This document shows, in pieces, positions 7,301-13,539 of a stretch of DNA of 41,272 nt. The notes below the pieces were generated by a model. It was not told where the DNA came from. It made no database searches and was given only the letters and a program-made list of their open reading frames with translations. The stretch's first letter is position 1. Each line of letters begins with the position of its first letter. Both the position numbers and the translations under genes were made by a program. The stretch is from positions 138,011 through 179,282 of IMG/VR virus record IMGVR_UViG_3300014204_000001; one strand, given 5' to 3'. The stretch is from a virus. Its lineage: Duplodnaviria > Heunggongvirae > Uroviricota > Caudoviricetes.

Positions 7301-10159
7301 TTTGGACCATGTCTTGCCTGTCTCCGGGTTCTTGCCCGTGCGTTCATCGCCAGGGTCGAGCTCGATCTTGAAAGTGATGCCGTTGAGGGTCTTCTGGCGC
7401 TTGACCTGACCTGCCAGCTTGATCTCTTCGGCGTGTTTCTTTCCGGACGGGTCGATGTAGATGTACTGCGAATCGACCTTGACAATCTTGCCGGAGACCG
7501 GCGCAGTAGGGACGATGAGCTTGCCGAACTCCTGCTCGAAGGAGGAACCTGTACCGGTACCGACCTGTACGTAGGGCGCTTCGCGGTCTACAAGCGGGAG
7601 TGCCTGCGTCTGCATCTTACTGCCCATCGTGGCGCGGTTTCCCTGGATGCTCTCGATCATCGGAATAAGGTTCGAGGTCGGGGACAGCAACTGCGAGGGG
7701 CTAGTGATCTGATACTGCACGCGCGAGGCAGGGATGTGCACCACCTGCCCCTTGTGCATGGCATCGACGCCGCCCGAGAGTTTCTGATTAGGGAAGGCGA
7801 CGGTGGCCTCGAAGATCTGCTTTGCAGAGAGGTACTCGTGCTTCCCCGTCTTCACATTCTTGGCAGGCGTGTAGAGATTTCCTTTTTCGTCCCTGTGGGC
7901 AAAAAGAGCCGCGCGGATGTCCACGCCAGCCTTGAACGAGTTGCCCGTCCAGATGGGCATAGACCCGTTTCGGCGAACGTAGAGCATATTGCCTGGGACC
8001 TGGGCACAGTAAACCATACCTGCGTAAGGAACAGCGTAGTAGTGACCCTTAGAGCCGAACGCTTTCTTTTCTGCTGCTTGGATCACACGAATCTCGTAGA
8101 CAGGTAGATAACGCTCAGCGCGCCTGTCCACATACGTCGTGGTGCGAGTGGGTTTCCCGAGTCCTATGGAGAGACGCTCGAAGTCAGCAGCCAGTTGCTT
8201 ACTGGTCGTGCAGAGTACTTCTGCGTACTGCGGTCCGAAGCGGCCGTCGCCTAGCAGAAGAGCACGCCAAAGGGCTCGACGCGCCTCCACAGGAGCCTCG
8301 AAGAGGTACGCGGGGATGTGCTTCTGTGCGCAGTCACCGAACTGAGTTACGTACTCCGTAAGTTGGCGACTGTTGATGATGTACGTACGCTGGTCAGCTG
8401 TGCGTGTGTAAACAAGCCCCATCCGAGCGAACAGCGCCTCAAGTGCGTCACAGCAGTCGGGGTTCGCCGATTCACTCTGCGAGATCTGAACCTGATATTG
8501 CGGTAGATCTAGGTTCAACGTGAAACTGCCCTCGCTGAGATACCACCCCAGGAACTCGGCCCAGTCCCGTATATCGAAGCGCTTGGCCGGCTCGTGCCTG
8601 CCGCTACTACGTTCTGCCTTCGGCAGACGGAACTCGGTCAGTCGCGAATCTCCGACGTACGGCTCATGCCGCCCAGTAAACCACCGCCCGCGCCCGTGCA
8701 TCGTTTCGGCGAGGTCCATCCTATACGTGGCGCCAGGAGCTTCAGGCCGGGACCAAACTCGGTGGTTCGGGGTGACAAGATACTCAATAGGCGCCTTGGT
8801 ACCCGTCTTTACACCGTAAAGAAGCCCTTCGTAGCGTGATGCGAACAAATGCTCTGGCCGGTGAAACTCCAACCGTCCAACGACATTACATGCCAGTTCA
8901 TCAGTGGTTGTGATATGTGCAAACAGCTTCCAACCAGTTGCCGTAAACACCTCAGTATCCTCAGACAGACACTCGGGTGTCCTCACCGGATCCAAAATTC
9001 CGAAGTGTGTGGGGTGTAACTGCCGTGCTTCCATGGGAATAGCGCGTTCCGAGGAGATGCCACCTTCACCAAGACTGGTTACCTTGACTGCGTGGTCGAT
9101 CATCTCCATCGGGTTGATCTGCGTCGGGATGGACGACAACTGGGAACCTGTGAGGAAGGAACGTACTCCGCCAGTGAACGGCGCTGCAGGCATAATCTCG
9201 CGCAGCGTTGTCTTGTTCATGGCGCGCCCCTTCACCTTCATAGCGATGGTGCGGGCATCGAGTTGAATACGCTCCTTAATGAAGTCCTCAACTGAATGGA
9301 AAGTCTTGAACATCAGGGAGTCACGGTCATCAACATCCTTGCCCGTCTTGTAGATGTCGAGCAGCTTCTTCGACGCATCGAGGAGGGCCTTCTGCGTCAC
9401 CTTCCCGTGTGCGGCGCCGAGGGTATGCGTGTTGACCTCGGGGTCCATCACAGTCACGTCGTATGCCTTGTGCACGGCATCGAGCTTCGTCTCACTGTTG
9501 GTGGCGGTCTGCTTGGACGGGTGAACCAGTTTCCCGTAGAGCTTGTCGAGCGCCTTAGCTTCGTGGCCCTTGAACGCCGTTGCGTTGGTGTTGGCGACCT
9601 CAGCGCCCCAGTGGTTGGCGATGTCCTGGTGCGGCACCCCCATCGCGCGAAGCACCGGGTACAGCGGGATCATGGTGGTCCCGTACTCCATGTAGGGATG
9701 ACCCTTCTGAGGGTCAATCGAAAGTCTGAAGTTCGACCCCTTGGAGAGGTTGAACGCTGCCTCAAGCTCGTCGTTGGCTCGCCGGCGAGTGTACACGCCC
9801 GGCTTCATTCGGATCTGGTTGGCGACCTGATACTCGTTGCCATCCACGACGAACGTGTGACGCTCTGTGAAGTATGGCAGGTGCATCAGGGTGTAGTTCT
9901 TGACCTGCTCCACAACCTTACCGTCGGGCCCCTTCAGCAGCAAGGTAGCCTTCACGGGCTCGTTCAGCGAACTACCCTCCAAAAGAGCCTGCTTCTGCTC
10001 GTTTGGGCCAAAGTCGCGTTCCAAGACGTGGACGTCCTGGAGCTCGATGGTGTGGTCGCGCAGGGTGAGCGGAAACGCGTTCTCGAGTCCAGCGACTGCC
10101 TTCTTACGAATCAGGTCGCGTCGAGTCGCAGCATCGATGAGTACGGGGGTCAGTGCCAT
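4364..10159 (-). CDS. rpoBC: DNA-directed RNA polymerase, fused beta + beta' N-terminal part, with intein and PPase-like insertion (1931 aa precursor)
   Basis: Beta motifs: PVRTPE, YGLNSNDAVVVS, GDKLAGRYGNKGVISRI, SRINPAQVIE, QQPTKGG...GLGAMEFNAL. Beta' motifs: WTHIELAEP, LPVLPPVMRP, SGRGTIAPD, NRAPTLHR, catalytic NADYDGD (4622-4642). Start moved to MALTPV at 10159; the upstream extension in the track overlaps a divergent gene. Confidence 0.95.
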   Translation of the reverse strand: MALTPVLIDAATRRDLIRKKAVAGLENAFPLTLRDHTIELQDVHVLERDFGPNEQKQALLEGSSLNEPVKATLLLKGPDGKVVEQVKNYTLMHLPYFTERHTFVVDGNEYQVANQIRMKPGVYTRRRANDELEAAFNLSKGSNFRLSIDPQKGHPYMEYGTTMIPLYPVLRAMGVPHQDIANHWGAEVANTNATAFKGHEAKALDKLYGKLVHPSKQTATNSETKLDAVHKAYDVTVMDPEVNTHTLGAAHGKVTQKALLDASKKLLDIYKTGKDVDDRDSLMFKTFHSVEDFIKERIQLDARTIAMKVKGRAMNKTTLREIMPAAPFTGGVRSFLTGSQLSSIPTQINPMEMIDHAVKVTSLGEGGISSERAIPMEARQLHPTHFGILDPVRTPECLSEDTEVFTATGWKLFAHITTTDELACNVVGRLEFHRPEHLFASRYEGLLYGVKTGTKAPIEYLVTPNHRVWSRPEAPGATYRMDLAETMHGRGRWFTGRHEPYVGDSRLTEFRLPKAERSSGRHEPAKRFDIRDWAEFLGWYLSEGSFTLNLDLPQYQVQISQSESANPDCCDALEALFARMGLVYTRTADQRTYIINSRQLTEYVTQFGDCAQKHIPAYLFEAPVEARRALWRALLLGDGRFGPQYAEVLCTTSKQLAADFERLSIGLGKPTRTTTYVDRRAERYLPVYEIRVIQAAEKKAFGSKGHYYAVPYAGMVYCAQVPGNMLYVRRNGSMPIWTGNSFKAGVDIRAALFAHRDEKGNLYTPAKNVKTGKHEYLSAKQIFEATVAFPNQKLSGGVDAMHKGQVVHIPASRVQYQITSPSQLLSPTSNLIPMIESIQGNRATMGSKMQTQALPLVDREAPYVQVGTGTGSSFEQEFGKLIVPTAPVSGKIVKVDSQYIYIDPSGKKHAEEIKLAGQVKRQKTLNGITFKIELDPGDERTGKNPETGKTWSKTMSCCYGFIPKTVGDDDECVDVYLKEDGVFEKVFVVHQMDKEKNYDEDKCMVGFASKEDAKAAYEKHGPEWGFGNMDEFSWDDFKEEYLEERKKEASDKSLVKVPYETNFPFASKTSLNHNITVKPGDHVNEDQTLGDSNFTRNGTLALGRNMHVAYMAYYGLNSNDAVVVSDSAAKKLTSEHMYKEILDVDMDTFMSRDLHRQYYGSKYTAEQYTKLGDGGVVKKGQKVLPHDPLIIGVQKSKPSATDVLLGNLKKSLALPYREIVRIWEHDFEGEVIDVYQSNKRVVVTVRTREPMRVGDKLAGRYGNKGVISRIIPDHQMIQDEKKCPIDILYTSAGVISRINPAQVIETALGKVAEKTGKPIVIPSFSGRNNVQGAKDLLKEHGLKDKETVYDPVSGKTIPGVLVGQQYTLRLFKTTDSNFAARGTGSYDVNQQPTKGGTEGAKGLGAMEFNALVAHNARTVLREAATIKSQRNDEFWRAVQLGLPLPYVKAPFAYDKFVAMMYAAGIKVDKMGSKATLMPLTAADIKKMSSGALENEKLVRAKDLAPERGGLFDPVLTGGATGTRWTHIELAEPILNPVFTEPARRLLGMTNKELEQVHFEQGGAALKKKLNGIDVEHQLKELRDEIKTAKSSKLDDLVKQVKYLEALKRLNLRPGDAYVLSKLPVLPPVMRPVMPGHGGQELVVGDSNYLYQGAFLHNKTLERQNANPILPPDEHAQLRKNLFTAVGAVIGTHETDNPKLQKRNVKGILEHLTGKTTPKSSFFQKKVMKRQQDMSGRGTIAPDGSLGMDQIGIPEEMLWNMFGKFIIARLVRRGFGAVQAKEMYENRHPAARDALMAEARERPVMVNRAPTLHRYNIVGAYAVPVPGKTICVNPFIEKGMNADYDGDTFQVHTPVLPQAVEEVKRMTLSNLIFGDKSRDELMVAPGHEAVLGIHLATSKKSDGKAHKYKTQAEALAAYKRGELKLNDLVEIG
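7010..7438 (-). other. Inorganic pyrophosphatase-like (InPase-type) domain inserted in RNAP beta
   Basis: YGFIPKTVGDDDECVDVYL...VFVVHQ...YDEDKCMVGF...AKAAY matches my recollection of the InPase pattern (YG.I..T.G.DGD.VDV...DEHK.MLGF); core beta sequence resumes on both sides. Confidence 0.7.
7940..8971 (-). mobile_element. Intein with LAGLIDADG homing endonuclease in RNAP beta (344 aa)
   Basis: PVRTPE|CLSEDTEVFT...VTPNHRVW (block B)...FLGWYLSEG / LLLGDG (LAGLIDADG)...VYCAQVP...WTGN|S; +1 residue Ser. Confidence 0.93.
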
Positions 10160-10166
10160 GCTCAGA

Positions 10167-10172
10167 AGTATA
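10167..10172 (-). promoter_or_regulatory. TATACT -10-like hexamer 7 nt upstream of the RNAP ATG (putative leaderless promoter)
   Basis: Minus strand reads ggcTATACTtctgagcATG with no SD; a second TATACT at 10191-10196. Confidence 0.55.
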
Positions 10173-10248
10173 GCCTGGCCGTTTGGTATTAGTATATGTA
10201 CCCGGCAGATTTGGACCGGGAGGGTTGTCCAACTTGATTGGAGTTCCA

Positions 10249-10914
10249 ATGACCAAGAAGGTCCAAGGTGCAAGTGTGGTGCCCCTCGCCACGCTGCACC
10301 CCATGCCAGACCTGAAGTTGGCCATCGTGGGGGTCGTAGATGGCCGCGAGGCGGAGATGGCAACCCGCCTCGGCGTGAGCGGCGACAAGATGTCGCGGAT
10401 GGCCGCTCTCGTCAGGGAGGCAGAGCTGAAGCATGGGAAGTGTCTCTTCTGTGGGGAGCCGCTTCCCGCGTCCTTCAAGCAAGCAGCAAAGTTGGGGTGG
10501 GCGCATCTCGCCCCAGTGCTGTGCCCATGTCTGGGTTCAGTGCGCACGGGTTACCGTGAGTACATCCCAAACTGGCAGCAGCAGGTCGCTATGATCGCGG
10601 CCAGGGTGGAGGCGCGGGAGCTGGACGCTACGGCTCCGGTGTACTCCAACACCTGCCGCGACCATGGCACCAACCCCCAGTGCCAGGGGGTGTTCACTGT
10701 CTACGCGGGCGATGTGGCCCGCAATGTCCGCAAGTGGGGCCAGCACGAGCGCTGGACCCGGTGCGCCGCCTGTCGTGCGGTGCACTCGAACAACGCCCAG
10801 TCCAAGAACATCCAGCGGCCGAAGAAGCAGCAGCGCCACGACGCACCGCTGAAGGCGTCTGTTGGTGAACTGGTCGAGGCGCAGGCTCAGACTAGGAAGG
10901 TTGGCGAGGCCTAA
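10249..10914 (+). CDS. Cys/His-rich zinc-binding protein
   Basis: GGAG RBS before ATG 10249 (MTKKVQG); CLFC...HLAPVLCPC and C-terminal CRDH...CQGVFTVYAG...RCAACR, reminiscent of zf-trcl zinc ribbons. Confidence 0.65.
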   Translation: MTKKVQGASVVPLATLHPMPDLKLAIVGVVDGREAEMATRLGVSGDKMSRMAALVREAELKHGKCLFCGEPLPASFKQAAKLGWAHLAPVLCPCLGSVRTGYREYIPNWQQQVAMIAARVEARELDATAPVYSNTCRDHGTNPQCQGVFTVYAGDVARNVRKWGQHERWTRCAACRAVHSNNAQSKNIQRPKKQQRHDAPLKASVGELVEAQAQTRKVGEA

Positions 10915-10964
10915 TGGCCATTCGCTACCTCGCCCTGTTGGCTAAAGCATTGTTCGGCATCTAG
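10914..10964 (+). CDS. Possible 16-aa hydrophobic micro-peptide MAIRYLALLAKALFGI
   Basis: TAATG stop/start overlap with upstream gene, GAGG just upstream, followed by terminator. Confidence 0.35.
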   Translation: MAIRYLALLAKALFGI

Positions 10965-10990
10965 ATCTAGCGAGCCTAGCGTCCAGTAGC

Positions 10991-11038
10991 AACACGGGTC
11001 AGGGGATTGTAGCTACTCCTCCGACCCGTGTTTTTTTT
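10991..11038 (+). terminator. Rho-independent terminator
   Basis: AACACGGGTC...GACCCGTGTT inverted repeat followed by a T run, between convergent genes. Confidence 0.8.
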
Positions 11039-11040
11039 GC

Positions 11041-11562
11041 CTAGACTGGCGGCTCTTCTCGTCCGTCGGCGCCCGCGGAGCGACTCGCCTTCATCGCCTG
11101 ACGGCGCTTCTTGTGGTTCTCCTTGTAAGTGTACCACTGGAGCGTCACCACCACGGTGCCGTCTTTAAGAACGATCTGCTCTGGGGGATCGCACATTGCC
11201 TTGCCCTCAAGCACGAGCTGCCGGGCGGCCAGGTAGTCTTTCACCTGTGTGTGCGGGCAGTCGATGTCGCCGTCATCTTGTGGGAGGATCATGGCTCCGG
11301 TAGCAATAGCCTGCTTGCACCGCTCACACGCGGACCAGGGGCGGTAGACCACGAAGCCCTTGTAGTGCGGGACGTAGTCGTACTCGTAAACTCCGGGGAT
11401 CTTGTTCGTATCCTCGGTGGTATCTACTAGTCGGTAGCTCCCTTTAGGGCCAAGAGGGAAACCGTCGGGCAGGTCCTTGCCTTCGCCGCCGCCCGGATCT
11501 GGCGGCGTGAGAGCTTTGTTCATCGTGGTTGCGAAGTCGAGTGGTTCGTCCTTGAGCGCCAT
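11041..11562 (-). CDS. Hypothetical protein (CxxC / CxH motifs)
   Basis: 173 aa, AGGAG RBS, directly downstream of portal; CERC and CPH motifs. Confidence 0.75.
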   Translation of the reverse strand: MALKDEPLDFATTMNKALTPPDPGGGEGKDLPDGFPLGPKGSYRLVDTTEDTNKIPGVYEYDYVPHYKGFVVYRPWSACERCKQAIATGAMILPQDDGDIDCPHTQVKDYLAARQLVLEGKAMCDPPEQIVLKDGTVVVTLQWYTYKENHKKRRQAMKASRSAGADGREEPPV

Positions 11563-11565
11563 CTA

Positions 11566-13341
11566 TCAGACTCCTTGTGCCGGAGGTGCGCCGGCCGCGG
11601 TTTGCTGCTTCACCGCTTCCTGGAGCTGCAAACGCTGAGCGTTCTGGAGCTCCTCCATGCGCTGAATAACTACGGAATACATCACGTAGTCCTCGACTTG
11701 CAAGCTGTGGAGCATCGACTTGCGCGTGGCCTCATCGTAAGCCATGAAATCCTGCGCCACTTGATCAGCCTGTCCGATCACGGCCTGCTGATCGTAGTTC
11801 AGGCCAGCCTGACCCTGGAGCTGTGCCTGAACCTGTTGTGTCAGGGTGTTTTGCAGCTTGGTGGTCTCGCGCTGAATGTCTATCGCCAGCTTCGCCTCGT
11901 CGATAGCGTACTGGAGGCGCTTCTTGCGCTCCTTCTCAGGGTCAAGGCCTAGACGCTCCATAACCGTGGTCGGAGCTACTTGGACTTGGCCAAGTTGACC
12001 TGTAGCTGCCTGAACGAGGAGGGCCTTGTTCTCCGTATCGTCGACCAGCGTCAAGGGTGTCAGCTTGACGTCAATACGCTCCCATCCAAGAAACTTGGAA
12101 ACCTGGTCTTCGTACCACTGCAGCAGGTCATTCATGTCATCAGCGTGGCTTTGCAGCTGATTCTCAATGAGCCTCAGCGTACCTTCCATACCTGTCTTGG
12201 TAAGGCCCCCGTAGAGGAACTCCTCGGGGATGCCGTGCGCGGCCATAATCCCCTTTTCAGCCTCCTGCACCTCCGCCAGAGTAAGCATCGCTCGGCCGTC
12301 GCCACCCAGATTCACGACACCCACAGGAATCGGCGCCATCATGACGTGGAGCGGGTCGCGCCGGAACCGGCGGAGATTCCACTTCATTTCCTCCTGCCAG
12401 CGATCTAGCGAGATCTGCTGTGCAAAATCCTGTGCACCATGCTGCGCCGGGTGCAGGATGCGCATTGGCACGATGTGGTCGAGTGCGATGGCCTCATTCG
12501 CCTTTCGCAGGACCATTGTGTAGAGGTACAACTTCATCGTGGTCGCCAGCGGCGGATAACCCCACTGCGGGTCGATACCTGCGGGGCCTGGGACCTTGAT
12601 GTGGAAAATAGCATCCTTCTCGAAGCGGAAGACCTTGTTATCGCGAATGCACTCAAGGAATTCGTACGGCATCGAGTTGACTAGATGCTTCGCGCCTCGC
12701 TTGACGTCGTCTTTCACCTGCTGCGGAAGGGTGTAGTAGTAAATCGATTGGCCCGTGATCGGGTTGTGATCCACATCCATCTGCTTTGGGTCCCAGCGAA
12801 TGATGTGTATCTTGTTCGCGGCCAGGACTTTGCGGTCAACGACTTTGCCATCGACATCCGTGTGGCACCGACGACAGCGATAACGGAAGCTAAGACGCTT
12901 TAGGTCGAACTTGTAGTCGACCATCTGGATGTTGGTGAGGTTCTCGCACTTCGGGCATTTCAGGTAACGGATGAACGGCTTGTAAATCGTGGTGAAGTGA
13001 TTTCCATAAACGTGCTTATCAAGTGAAGCCATCAGTAAGGCCGACTTGATTTTGATCGTTTTGTTGTAGAGCCGCCGCTTATTCCGCTTGAGTGCTTCAT
13101 TGGAGGTCTGGTACTCGATATCCGTCACAACGAGCTCCCCGAACTTCCGGAGGGCCGCATACGTGTGCGCACTGTTGTAGAACAGGTACTCACACCACTT
13201 GAAGAGATCCTTGAGTTTTCGGGGGACAAAGCCCGTCAAGAAGTCGAACGCGGGGTTTGGGTGCGACGCCGCCCGGTCGAATGCAGACAAGGAGTCCACA
13301 GTTGAGATGTCACTAAAAGTTTGATCGCTAGGAAGAGCCAT
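11566..13341 (-). CDS. Phage portal protein with zinc-ribbon insertion
   Basis: LDKHVYGNHF, IFHIK...WGYPPL, LRKANEAIALDHIVPMRIL, EGTLRLIENQL and Gln-rich coiled C-terminus fit a portal layout; CPKC...CRRC insert; GAGGA RBS before ATG 13341. Confidence 0.7.
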   Translation of the reverse strand: MALPSDQTFSDISTVDSLSAFDRAASHPNPAFDFLTGFVPRKLKDLFKWCEYLFYNSAHTYAALRKFGELVVTDIEYQTSNEALKRNKRRLYNKTIKIKSALLMASLDKHVYGNHFTTIYKPFIRYLKCPKCENLTNIQMVDYKFDLKRLSFRYRCRRCHTDVDGKVVDRKVLAANKIHIIRWDPKQMDVDHNPITGQSIYYYTLPQQVKDDVKRGAKHLVNSMPYEFLECIRDNKVFRFEKDAIFHIKVPGPAGIDPQWGYPPLATTMKLYLYTMVLRKANEAIALDHIVPMRILHPAQHGAQDFAQQISLDRWQEEMKWNLRRFRRDPLHVMMAPIPVGVVNLGGDGRAMLTLAEVQEAEKGIMAAHGIPEEFLYGGLTKTGMEGTLRLIENQLQSHADDMNDLLQWYEDQVSKFLGWERIDVKLTPLTLVDDTENKALLVQAATGQLGQVQVAPTTVMERLGLDPEKERKKRLQYAIDEAKLAIDIQRETTKLQNTLTQQVQAQLQGQAGLNYDQQAVIGQADQVAQDFMAYDEATRKSMLHSLQVEDYVMYSVVIQRMEELQNAQRLQLQEAVKQQTAAGAPPAQGV

Positions 13342-13395
13342 CGTAGAAATCCTCGGGAGATCGCGGGGGTAGCGTAACACTTCGCCACCTCGGCC

Positions 13396-13401
13396 AGTAT
13401 A
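13396..13401 (-). promoter_or_regulatory. TATACT -10-like hexamer upstream of portal
   Basis: Same hexamer as upstream of RNAP, sigma and 35948-36949; lies in the divergent intergenic gap. Confidence 0.5.
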
Positions 13402-13539
13402 GCACCCTCGCAGCTACTTCTAACGCAGTATGCTTTACGGAGTAAAGGTCGCGCAGAGACTTGTGTTTCTCTGCGTAGCTAGGTAGTCTTCCGCCGTCCG
13501 GTCAGAATACGACCGGCGCCCATCCAAGTCAGGTAGCTA

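Noticed and set aside
3318-8107. Long plus-strand ORFs (3318-4286, 4280-4855, 6839-8107 and similar)
   Set aside because: Antisense shadows of RNAP and neighbouring genes, typical of GC-rich coding DNA; no motifs or RBS.
10160-10363. N-terminal 68-aa extension of the RNAP ORF
   Set aside because: Pro/Trp-rich, overlaps the divergent gene at 10249 and the promoter-like hexamers; ATG 10159 is more plausible.
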